The notes under the pieces are model-generated. The model searched no databases, was not told the DNA's origin, and worked only from the letters and a program-made list of their open reading frames with translations. DNA of 64,000 nt from a virus, in the IMG/VR virus record IMGVR_UViG_3300008954_000045, positions 3,942 through 67,941 of that record, one strand, 5' to 3'. Numbering within the stretch: the stretch's first letter is position 1; each line of letters starts with the position of its first letter. The position numbers and the translations under genes were made by a program. Below, piece after piece: positions 9,088 through 17,125 of the stretch.

Positions 9088-10257
9088 TTACATCACCCAA
9101 CCACCATCAACTTCCCATTGTTGCCCCGAATCATCAATATATGTAGTCTCTTGAGAACCCAAACCATCCTCAATGAACCCAAATGGGGTCATATCATCTT
9201 CAATTTGTTTCATTTTTTCTTCATAAAGGTCTTTACGAATATCAAGATTGGTCAATTCCTTGAAATATGATTGGGTTGTCAACCATCCAAACAGAACTAA
9301 GGTCATCACCAAGTCATCGTGATGTCCTGTTTCCGCCTGATATGATTTTTTCTTAGAGATGAATGAAACGAACTCTTTGATAATGTCAAAATCTTCAACA
9401 ATCAATTTATCCTCTTCAACCATACTCTTCAGAAGAGAGCATCCGACTCTCTTTACTGCTTCTGTTGTTCTGATTCCATATTGACTCTGCCCAGAACCAA
9501 ATCCACCATCCAGAGTTTGTCCCTTTCTACCACGAATAGTAGTAACCAATAAATGGTCATATTCCATTTCGTGATGAAGAATGTCTGCAACCTGTCCACC
9601 AATATCATTCAATTCCACAAGAATGTGTGCTTTGTTGTATTGCATTGCTGCTGCATATATCGCATTTGGATATACAAGTGGTGACATTTCGTTATTTCTA
9701 AATTTGGCAACTACCCTATATGGCATAGAAGTAATATCCACAATGGTGAATGCGTGATAATCTAAACCCTGTCCTCTCGAAACATCAACACACATCACAT
9801 AAGTATGGTCTTCTTCTGGTTCAACCAAAACATCGAACCCTTCATCGTTTTTGAATACGGGGTCGTTGTATGTCAATTCTTTCAATTTCTTCGATTCAAT
9901 GAGTGTGTTTACACTACCCACGAAGTCACAATTATGAGAAACTAAACCATTTGAAAAGTATTCGTGATTTTCAACTTCGAGAATATCAAACAAATCAATT
10001 TCATCTTCAAAAATATTAACAAACGAAACTGGCGAGGATTCCTTTACACCAACAATAAAATCACCGCACAACAATTCTTTACTTTTCTTCCAACCATCTT
10101 TAGTTTTTACTTTATGGTTCAATGAACATTTAAGTTCTGTGCTTTTGGTTGAAATTGTAGCGTATTCTGATTTTGAAAGTTTTCTCATACCAGAGAACGA
10201 CTTCCAACCAGAAGGTGTCATTATTTCATATTGTGTGTTTTTTATATGTTCTTCCAC
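9088..10257 (-). CDS. gp17: large terminase C-terminal half (nuclease domain) preceded by a split intein C-fragment
   Basis: First 109 aa end in SNGLVSHN followed by CDFVGSVNTLI; then DVSRGQGLDY and HDDLVMTL RNaseH-like TerL motifs. Confidence 0.93.
   Translation of the reverse strand: MEEHIKNTQYEIMTPSGWKSFSGMRKLSKSEYATISTKSTELKCSLNHKVKTKDGWKKSKELLCGDFIVGVKESSPVSFVNIFEDEIDLFDILEVENHEYFSNGLVSHNCDFVGSVNTLIESKKLKELTYNDPVFKNDEGFDVLVEPEEDHTYVMCVDVSRGQGLDYHAFTIVDITSMPYRVVAKFRNNEMSPLVYPNAIYAAAMQYNKAHILVELNDIGGQVADILHHEMEYDHLLVTTIRGRKGQTLDGGFGSGQSQYGIRTTEAVKRVGCSLLKSMVEEDKLIVEDFDIIKEFVSFISKKKSYQAETGHHDDLVMTLVLFGWLTTQSYFKELTNLDIRKDLYEEKMKQIEDDMTPFGFIEDGLGSQETTYIDDSGQQWEVDGGWVM
9931..10257 (-). mobile_element. 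split intein C-fragment (IntC, 109 aa)
   Basis: MTPSGWKSFSG, block B KCSLNH, block F LFDILEV, terminal HN followed by +1 Cys at 9928-9930. Confidence 0.9.
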
Positions 10258-10261
10258 ATTA

Positions 10262-10269
10262 TATGTATG
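10262..10269 (-). promoter_or_regulatory. putative late promoter CATACATA between the two terminase halves
   Basis: Lies in the 30-nt gap, 4 nt upstream of the GTG start of the IntC-TerL gene. Confidence 0.55.
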
Positions 10270-10287
10270 AATCCTACGAATTCACAT

Positions 10288-11181
10288 TCAATAAAGGAAG
10301 TCAAATGCCTCTTTCATTGACACTTCAAACTCTTCTTGTGTGTCCTTATCTCTTACAGTAATCATCGTATTACCATCTAAACATTCAAATTCCGTGCGGA
10401 ACTGTTGTTCAGAGGTATTGGCAATTGTTTCTTCTTTCCATTTCTCATCACGACCAGGCACCTGACTCCAATGAATCTCAATGGGTACATATGAATTTCT
10501 ACCATTTAATGCATTGTTCCAGAATTTATAGAATAGATTCATACCGTGCGGGGTTGAAACCATCAAAACTTTTGTAGTTTCACCCGAAGTAATGGTAGGA
10601 TATACCGAACTGAAGAATTCATCTGCCACTTCGTGCGGAACGAATGCAAATTCATCAAGGAAAATAAGATTGAACGAACTACCACGAATTGCACTGGATG
10701 AGGTAGCAGAAGCAAGAATTCGTGAACCATTTTCTAGTTCAATTGTACCCTTGTTCCATTGCTCAACACCTTGTTGTAACCATTTAGGAAGGTGTTCATA
10801 TGCAAGTTTCAACCTATGCAGAAGTTCCCTTGCTGTTGCTTGTTTATTTGCAAGGATAGCAACACTCACTTCTGCATTGAATAGTACATAATGTAAGAGA
10901 TATGCAATTGTGGTTGTAGATTTACCAGACTGTCGTGGGAGTTTGCAAATCACAAAACGATTATCGTGAACCGTATTTACAATGTGTTCCTGAAAATCAT
11001 ATAGATCAAAATTTACCAAACCTCTATCGAGGTGAACAATCTTCACATACTTTTTAATGAAGTAGATGGGGTCTTGCTGGCATTTCAGATACTCTCCGAT
11101 TTGCTCTGTGGTAAAATCAACATTGACACCTTTTGCTTTTAGGTTGGGATTACCAAGATAATGATCAATCTTCTCCGCCAT
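10288..11181 (-). CDS. gp17: large terminase N-terminal half (ATPase) ending in a split intein N-fragment
   Basis: YLGNPNLK, Walker A PRQSGKSTT, Walker B IFLDEFAF, VSTPHG; ends FRTEFE-CLDGNTMITV. Confidence 0.95.
   Translation of the reverse strand: MAEKIDHYLGNPNLKAKGVNVDFTTEQIGEYLKCQQDPIYFIKKYVKIVHLDRGLVNFDLYDFQEHIVNTVHDNRFVICKLPRQSGKSTTTIAYLLHYVLFNAEVSVAILANKQATARELLHRLKLAYEHLPKWLQQGVEQWNKGTIELENGSRILASATSSSAIRGSSFNLIFLDEFAFVPHEVADEFFSSVYPTITSGETTKVLMVSTPHGMNLFYKFWNNALNGRNSYVPIEIHWSQVPGRDEKWKEETIANTSEQQFRTEFECLDGNTMITVRDKDTQEEFEVSMKEAFDFLY
10291..10383 (-). mobile_element. split intein N-fragment (IntN, 31 aa)
   Basis: CLDGNTMITVRDKDTQEEFEVSMKEAFDFLY* is intein block A starting with Cys1 right after extein EFE. 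Confidence 0.9.
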
Positions 11182-11668
11182 CTTTTTCCTCTACTTCAAC
11201 ATCAATAACTTCAAATTGTTCTTGTTCTTCAATTTCTGCTTCAAGCATTTCTTGTTTTTGTCTTTTTAAGAGTTTCTGAAGTTCCGTTGTAGATCCAACA
11301 AACAAGGAGTTGTTGGTAATGTTGTTGGCTTTCTGCCCACTGTCTTCCTTTTTAATTTGCTTCATCTTGTTGTGCATCTCCAAAAGGTCTTTATTTACCT
11401 CTGAAATGGTCTTAATCATCTGGGCAGCAACTTCATAGGCTCTTGGGGCTTCTGTTTCGGAAGCAACATTCAGAATACCATCGATAGCATCGTTTCCAAC
11501 ATCAATGATGTCCTTTAGATTTTGCCTTACCAGATTATAATCACGCTTTAATTGCATTTCTTGTGCGGTAGGAACTATAGGTTTTGGTTCTTCGTTTGTT
11601 TCTTGTGGAACTCGTTCAATATCTAAAGCATCGGACAACTTATCATCAACATTCTCTTTGTCACTCAT
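11165..11668 (-). CDS. gp16: small terminase subunit
   Basis: DYNLVRQNL, PRAYEVAAQMIK, NNSLFVGSTTELQKLLK. Confidence 0.93.
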   Translation of the reverse strand: MSDKENVDDKLSDALDIERVPQETNEEPKPIVPTAQEMQLKRDYNLVRQNLKDIIDVGNDAIDGILNVASETEAPRAYEVAAQMIKTISEVNKDLLEMHNKMKQIKKEDSGQKANNITNNSLFVGSTTELQKLLKRQKQEMLEAEIEEQEQFEVIDVEVEEKDGGED

Positions 11669-12486
11669 GTAATAATCTCTCCATCAATATCAACATCACC
11701 AGCAGTAGAACCAAATAGATATGTATTTTTGGTTGGTGTGTAGTTGGACACATCAGACGATGCCCCAGATGGACCGGTAACACCAACATCGGTTCTAGAA
11801 AATGCACCAGTAGTTCCAGCCTCATGTGCCGTTTGATTGAATATAGTTCCTTGAATCTTTTTGATAATTGCACCAGAAAGTATTCTACCATAGACATATG
11901 ATTTGGCAGTAAACCCGAGTGTCCAAGTGATACTTCTTCTCGACTCAAAATCCCCCTCCCAGTCTTCCTCTGGTTGTACGCTATTAAGGACAATCGGAAT
12001 ATCTACTTTTCTGTTATGACTGGTTGGATTAATACTCACTGTAAATTCAGGTGTAAAGTAAGGGAGTATTTGCTCCATGATTTGAAGACCGTCATCCATA
12101 AATTTAGCCATTATGTATAGATTGAAATTTACGTTGTATGGTACTTCTGCATATGAGTATTTCATCGAACTGTCGGAATCTGGATCTTGTCGTGCATACC
12201 TCTCCATTGTTCCTCGTTTTCTGATTGAATCGTAGTCGATTGATTCAATATCAAAACTCATTCGAGGGAGAACTAAAGCAACTTGACTTCCATCGGCTGT
12301 AGTAATAGAGCCTCCTTCATCAATACGTCGAAGATACTTCTCCTTATTTCCATAAGCGAGAGGTACTCGGATTGTCTCTTTCTCTGTTCCGTCTGCATTG
12401 TATCGTTTCACATAGCAGTTGTTAAAGAGTGAACCAAAAGCCACCACTAAATTTCTGATTGATTTGTTGTCGAAGTGTTGAAACAT
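11665..12486 (-). CDS. gp15: tail sheath stabiliser / completion protein
   Basis: VAFGSLFN, VPLAYG.KEKYL, LPRMSF, QIMEQILPYFTP, WTLGFTAKSYVYG. Confidence 0.93.
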   Translation of the reverse strand: MFQHFDNKSIRNLVVAFGSLFNNCYVKRYNADGTEKETIRVPLAYGNKEKYLRRIDEGGSITTADGSQVALVLPRMSFDIESIDYDSIRKRGTMERYARQDPDSDSSMKYSYAEVPYNVNFNLYIMAKFMDDGLQIMEQILPYFTPEFTVSINPTSHNRKVDIPIVLNSVQPEEDWEGDFESRRSITWTLGFTAKSYVYGRILSGAIIKKIQGTIFNQTAHEAGTTGAFSRTDVGVTGPSGASSDVSNYTPTKNTYLFGSTAGDVDIDGEIIT

Positions 12487-13325
12487 CAATATTCCCCATC
12501 ACTGAAAGGATCAATGTCGGTGAAGTCGAAGAGGTCATCTGCGGTGACTTGGAAGTCATCACTCATATCGAATGGGTCTGGTGCAATGATTTCAGTGGTG
12601 TCTGATTGCGTAGAGAATGTTCCAGTTGCACCCGAATCAGATCCAGTAACAATATCAGATCCACTAATTGAACCGGACACACCGTGTACTCGTAATGTCT
12701 TGGTAGAGGAAGTCCACAATACTACCTTAGAAGAAAAACCACCAGCAGTTGTTGCGGATTCACCAACAACAAATGTTCCGGTTGAATCCGAGAATACTAA
12801 ATCAATAGCAGTTTCTTGATTGGTAGTTTCTACTGCATCTACGTCTGACCAACCAGTTTCCATGTCTTCTTGACTATACTGGAAGAGTTCACATGAGAGT
12901 TGATAGGTATAGAGTTTTCCAAGTTGATAAAATGGATTTTGATGCTCGACAAACTTGATCTCGAATAACCCCTTTGATAGAGGAAAGTATATCAGATCGC
13001 CTTCGAGTGGTCTGTCCATTGATAATTCTTGCTCGAATCGTTTTTTTGATACAACAAGACTTATCGAATCTCGAACTTCTAATCCAAATTTTGAAATGAA
13101 ATCCCCATCTCCCTCAAACCCATCAACGCTTTCAATATACATCTCGATTTGAGTACCACCTTCAAATTTACTGATAGTGTCCTCCCCAAATATTTCATCC
13201 TTATTGACAATAGTTCGAGGGATGTATACCATATCTTGACCGTGAATCTTGATTGATTCTATGGTAAGATCTTCAACGATCTTTTGCTCGTTGCTAGTAT
13301 GCTTGAAATATGAATTTCGTGCCAT
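12486..13325 (-). CDS. gp14: neck protein
   Basis: ESIKIHGQDMVYIPR, SKFGLEVRD, RPLEGDLIYFP, FYQLGK. Confidence 0.95.
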   Translation of the reverse strand: MARNSYFKHTSNEQKIVEDLTIESIKIHGQDMVYIPRTIVNKDEIFGEDTISKFEGGTQIEMYIESVDGFEGDGDFISKFGLEVRDSISLVVSKKRFEQELSMDRPLEGDLIYFPLSKGLFEIKFVEHQNPFYQLGKLYTYQLSCELFQYSQEDMETGWSDVDAVETTNQETAIDLVFSDSTGTFVVGESATTAGGFSSKVVLWTSSTKTLRVHGVSGSISGSDIVTGSDSGATGTFSTQSDTTEIIAPDPFDMSDDFQVTADDLFDFTDIDPFSDGEY

Positions 13326-13328
13326 TTA

Positions 13329-14078
13329 TTACCCTACAATAAAGCCAGGTGGTTCTTCAAACTTTACTTGAATTTCTTCTTCAATTTTTAAAATTTCATC
13401 CTGTGCTTGATCAAACAACTGTTGCCCATTGAATGATACACCACCGGGCAACTGAATACTCTCAAATTTTGATAAATTTGAACCCCATTGTTTTTTAAAT
13501 AGGGCGGTAACATATTGTTTTAGTAGTCTATCATCAAATACTTTTGTAAAGGTTTCTGGATCAATAGCGGCCCACGCTTCCATAGTTAAATAATCACCAA
13601 CATCTACTTCATCGTCCCATTTCATATCAAGGTATAAACGCATTGTTGTTCGTGTAAATCGGAACGACTTTGCTGGATCAAGCATCTGCTGGATTAGTGC
13701 CATATTTTGACGTACCATTGCATAGTTAGTCATTGTTCCTCCACTATGCCACCCATACCAATCATTTAGAGCCATTTGATACTGCATATCAAACATGTTG
13801 CTTGATCTGTTTGAGAATGTGAAGAGGTTCGTTATGCTTAAAACCGAATCATCTACATTTGATAAATCGATATAACCATTATCTATATCGTCCTGCGTAA
13901 CAGCATGTGTCAGATAAAGTTTCTCTGCCCCGTCATAATGATAGTCTGCAAAAAACTGAAGTGCATCATCTAATCGATCCTCAAGTTGAGAGTCATCCAC
14001 ATTGATATCGATTACAGGGCTACCAAGACGGCGAAGAGCATAGTCTTTGAGTTGTTGTCTTGATGATGGTATAGCCAT
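13329..14078 (-). CDS. gp13: neck protein
   Basis: LRRLGSPVIDINVDD.Q..DR, KKQWGSNLSKF..IQLPGGV. Confidence 0.95.
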   Translation of the reverse strand: MAIPSSRQQLKDYALRRLGSPVIDINVDDSQLEDRLDDALQFFADYHYDGAEKLYLTHAVTQDDIDNGYIDLSNVDDSVLSITNLFTFSNRSSNMFDMQYQMALNDWYGWHSGGTMTNYAMVRQNMALIQQMLDPAKSFRFTRTTMRLYLDMKWDDEVDVGDYLTMEAWAAIDPETFTKVFDDRLLKQYVTALFKKQWGSNLSKFESIQLPGGVSFNGQQLFDQAQDEILKIEEEIQVKFEEPPGFIVG

Positions 14079-14105
14079 ATGGAACGTCTCTCCTCTTTGT
14101 CTCTA

Positions 14106-14113
14106 TATGTATA
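14106..14113 (-). promoter_or_regulatory. putative late promoter TATACATA (gp13 operon)
   Basis: Octamer in the gap upstream of the gp13 RBS (GAGGAG). Confidence 0.7.
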
Positions 14114-14123
14114 AGACAAGAGG

Positions 14124-14504
14124 TTAGATAACAGCCTCTACCTCATAATCTTCCAATAAGCATTCAATATCCTTGAGTCCCGATGCAGATATTTTGACAT
14201 CTAGTCCCAACTCACTCAATTTAATTTTATCCCACTTGACAATAATTTCAGGTGTTAGAGATTGTTGTAGTTCTAGAATGAATTTTTGCTTATTGTCGTT
14301 TGACATCTCAAAAACACCCTCAGAAGTCTCTGTACTATACTTTTCAATCAATTCTGTTTGTATTCTTTCGATTTGTTTGAGGTGTGGATTGATGTCTTCC
14401 AATAGCGATTTGAATCGAAGGGTTGTTTGGATAGGAAGAGGCTCTTTTAGTAAATGTTTGAATGTAGGATAAGCACGATATAGTTGTTCATAGGTTAGTT
14501 TCAT
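14124..14504 (-). CDS. hypothetical protein (possible fibre chaperone)
   Basis: Helical ORF at the end of the fibre operon; ATG at 14504 with GGAG upstream. Confidence 0.6.
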   Translation of the reverse strand: MKLTYEQLYRAYPTFKHLLKEPLPIQTTLRFKSLLEDINPHLKQIERIQTELIEKYSTETSEGVFEMSNDNKQKFILELQQSLTPEIIVKWDKIKLSELGLDVKISASGLKDIECLLEDYEVEAVI

Positions 14505-14922
14505 TTTGTACTCCAATCTTTCTAGACAATTCCTTTGCTTTATCTGTATTATCTATACCACCAAAAATATGCTCCCACATTGTCATCACAAGTTCATGAA
14601 CTGTATAAGCATTTGGATCTAATTCTTCTTTTGGTGGGTTGCTTGGGACAGATAATGTATAATTTTCATCCTGCTTGTTTGTTTTCTTTAGTAAAATCAA
14701 ATCATGTAATCTGTTGATATATCTGTTTCCCTCTTTCCAAGGCATAATACCACTAATTTGATTTTCCCCTGTATATAAGATATGGTGTTTGTTGGGTTTG
14801 TATTCTTGTGCAACTACACCTTCGGGTAATGCATATTCTGGTTCGACCTCTAAAAACAATTCAAGATCGAATTTTTGCCCTTGGATTTCAATTGTACCGT
14901 CTGCATAATGATGAAAACTCAT
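14488..14922 (-). CDS. hypothetical protein downstream of tail spike
   Basis: 144-aa ORF tightly packed in the operon; no recognised motif. Confidence 0.6.
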   Translation of the reverse strand: MSFHHYADGTIEIQGQKFDLELFLEVEPEYALPEGVVAQEYKPNKHHILYTGENQISGIMPWKEGNRYINRLHDLILLKKTNKQDENYTLSVPSNPPKEELDPNAYTVHELVMTMWEHIFGGIDNTDKAKELSRKIGVQNETNL

Positions 14923-14925
14923 ATT

Positions 14926-17115
14926 TTATTCGTACCTCACGTTGCTCCCATTACTTTCATGTGTTGTTCCAGATGTTTGGGTGTCTGCATAAATTTGGGA
15001 ATCTAAATCTGCATGGAACCCTGTTACACCAGCCGGTTCATTTTCTGCTGTTGCTCCGTGTACACCAATGGTAGAATCTCTTGTTGCATTATATCCGTCT
15101 TCGTTGTTATATCTAGAAGCACTATAATTGGCATCAACATATGAACCTTTATCTGTTTGGTATCCGGCTCCCGTGTTACCAACACTTCGACTGAAATTTA
15201 TATCACCACTAGAATATCTTTCAGCATAAATGCCTTTCGGACCTTCTGTTGCCGATTGTGTTCCGTTTCTATATGATGACAAATATGATCCAGTAATATT
15301 GGACGCATTGGTTATTTTAATACCAGAATGTCCGTTATATGACGATCTACTATGACTAAGATCAGCATTGGAGTTGTCTTTGATGTAAAATCCATTCATA
15401 CCATTTCGGAATGAAAATGAACCGGATCTGTTTGACCATCCATATCTTTCATCTTCAATTGTTGCAGTACCACCTGCACCCACCCAAGTAGAAACATCAT
15501 CGTTGTAGTGGTTGTGGAACTTACCAGTAGAACTATCAGAAACTAAAAATCCATGTCCACCATTAAAACACGACAAAGATCTTCGGAAGTTTCCATATGA
15601 GTTCTTTTGAATATATACCCCAGTGTCAAAATTAGCAGCAGAAATTGCATTATCTGCATCAATGGTGCTTGATTCTTTAACAACAAATCCGGTACTACAT
15701 CCAGAAACTGTTGAAGATGTTGCTATGATGTTACTACTATCTTCTACCACTATACCTCTATAGCACCCACTCACAACCGAACCAGATATGTCGGCATTCG
15801 AGTTCGTTTTAGATACGATTCCATTTTCAAACCCAACAACACAAAGGTTGGTTGATGAGTTTAGAGATCCTGAATCTTGAATGCTCAACCCAACCGATGA
15901 ATCTGTTGGTGCTGTTCCTCCTGACACACCATCAGCAAAACCAGGTCCACACAACACTAGATCCTGAATGCTACCAAGTGCTGATCCACCGATTGCAATA
16001 CCTGATGTACCATCAAAGTTTAAACGACAAGGAAAATGCCTAATTTCAATGTCATTTCTATAAGTTGAAACTAAAAGATCCCAAGTGATTCCATCTGCAC
16101 CGTGAACGGTATCCGCTCCCCCCTCACCGCAAGCATCACAACCCCAAGTGACCCCATAGTTTCCTGTTGCGCCGGCAGTGGTTCCACTATATGGTAAACC
16201 CGTCCCCACAACCTTTCTGTTTGCAGTTGCACCACTCACCCAAACATTACCGTGCATTGCCCCAACAACAACATCGTCGTTAAATTTGGCTCCTACTGGA
16301 TTATATCTTAACCCCTGTGGTGTAATATATGCAGTTGCACCTGCACCAGAACCACCAGAGTGCATTCCATTACTTCCTAGAGGATTGTCTTGAGTCGTGG
16401 AGAATGTTGTTGGGTTATAGTGTCGGATATGAACAAGAATCGAGTTTGATTTGTTTCCATTGTTGTCTTCATCAATTGCAATAATTTCATGACAACCTAA
16501 AATAAGAGTCTTTCTAAGTGACAATGTTCCATAATCGGAAGTCAATCCTGTCCCAGTAGAATCCGCATATTCGTAATTGAAATCTGTTTCTTTTCTGGTG
16601 GGTCCTGTAACTCCGGTGTCCACATAGGAAATGTCCCTGACAGATATAAAATCACCGACTCTCATATCACCAAGTGCATCTTCAACCAAAAACTCAGCAA
16701 TATATCCACCATTAGCATCATCGTTTACTGCTCTTAATGAAGTGTCATAGTATCCGATACCTGTTGCGTTTAGTGTATTAGATACTTCTCCCTTAATGTG
16801 AATTTGGGATGCTTGTGGGTGCGTTACAATCAACGAACCACCAGAAATTTGATATTCATTCCAAGCAGTTGTTGTACGATCAATTTTCTGTATTTGGATA
16901 GTTACAGATTTTCCTTTTTTGATTCTATAGTTATCAAGAAAGTTCAATGCACCCGTAAGTGTTGCAAATGGAAAACTAATAGAATTCAATTGACCAGAAG
17001 TGTCACTGCCTCCGTTTCCAGTTACATAAACATAACTGTTTGCACTGATAACTTCCTGAACAACTGATGAATCGGTTGGTGCATTGATTGCACTATTTGA
17101 ATAATTACAAGTCAT
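14926..17115 (-). CDS. tail spike-like protein with right-handed beta-helix (pectin-lyase-like) C-terminus
   Basis: N-terminal YV...GSD..G.....PFATL..AL motif; C-terminal ~22-aa N.G.G....SS repeats. Confidence 0.7.
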   Translation of the reverse strand: MTCNYSNSAINAPTDSSVVQEVISANSYVYVTGNGGSDTSGQLNSISFPFATLTGALNFLDNYRIKKGKSVTIQIQKIDRTTTAWNEYQISGGSLIVTHPQASQIHIKGEVSNTLNATGIGYYDTSLRAVNDDANGGYIAEFLVEDALGDMRVGDFISVRDISYVDTGVTGPTRKETDFNYEYADSTGTGLTSDYGTLSLRKTLILGCHEIIAIDEDNNGNKSNSILVHIRHYNPTTFSTTQDNPLGSNGMHSGGSGAGATAYITPQGLRYNPVGAKFNDDVVVGAMHGNVWVSGATANRKVVGTGLPYSGTTAGATGNYGVTWGCDACGEGGADTVHGADGITWDLLVSTYRNDIEIRHFPCRLNFDGTSGIAIGGSALGSIQDLVLCGPGFADGVSGGTAPTDSSVGLSIQDSGSLNSSTNLCVVGFENGIVSKTNSNADISGSVVSGCYRGIVVEDSSNIIATSSTVSGCSTGFVVKESSTIDADNAISAANFDTGVYIQKNSYGNFRRSLSCFNGGHGFLVSDSSTGKFHNHYNDDVSTWVGAGGTATIEDERYGWSNRSGSFSFRNGMNGFYIKDNSNADLSHSRSSYNGHSGIKITNASNITGSYLSSYRNGTQSATEGPKGIYAERYSSGDINFSRSVGNTGAGYQTDKGSYVDANYSASRYNNEDGYNATRDSTIGVHGATAENEPAGVTGFHADLDSQIYADTQTSGTTHESNGSNVRYE

Positions 17116-17125
17116 TTAGTAATCC

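Noticed and set aside
10258-10290. Terminase break as a pseudogene, sequencing frameshift or group I intron
   Set aside because: Both sides carry intact complementary intein motifs at a known split position, and the 30-nt gap is too short for an intron
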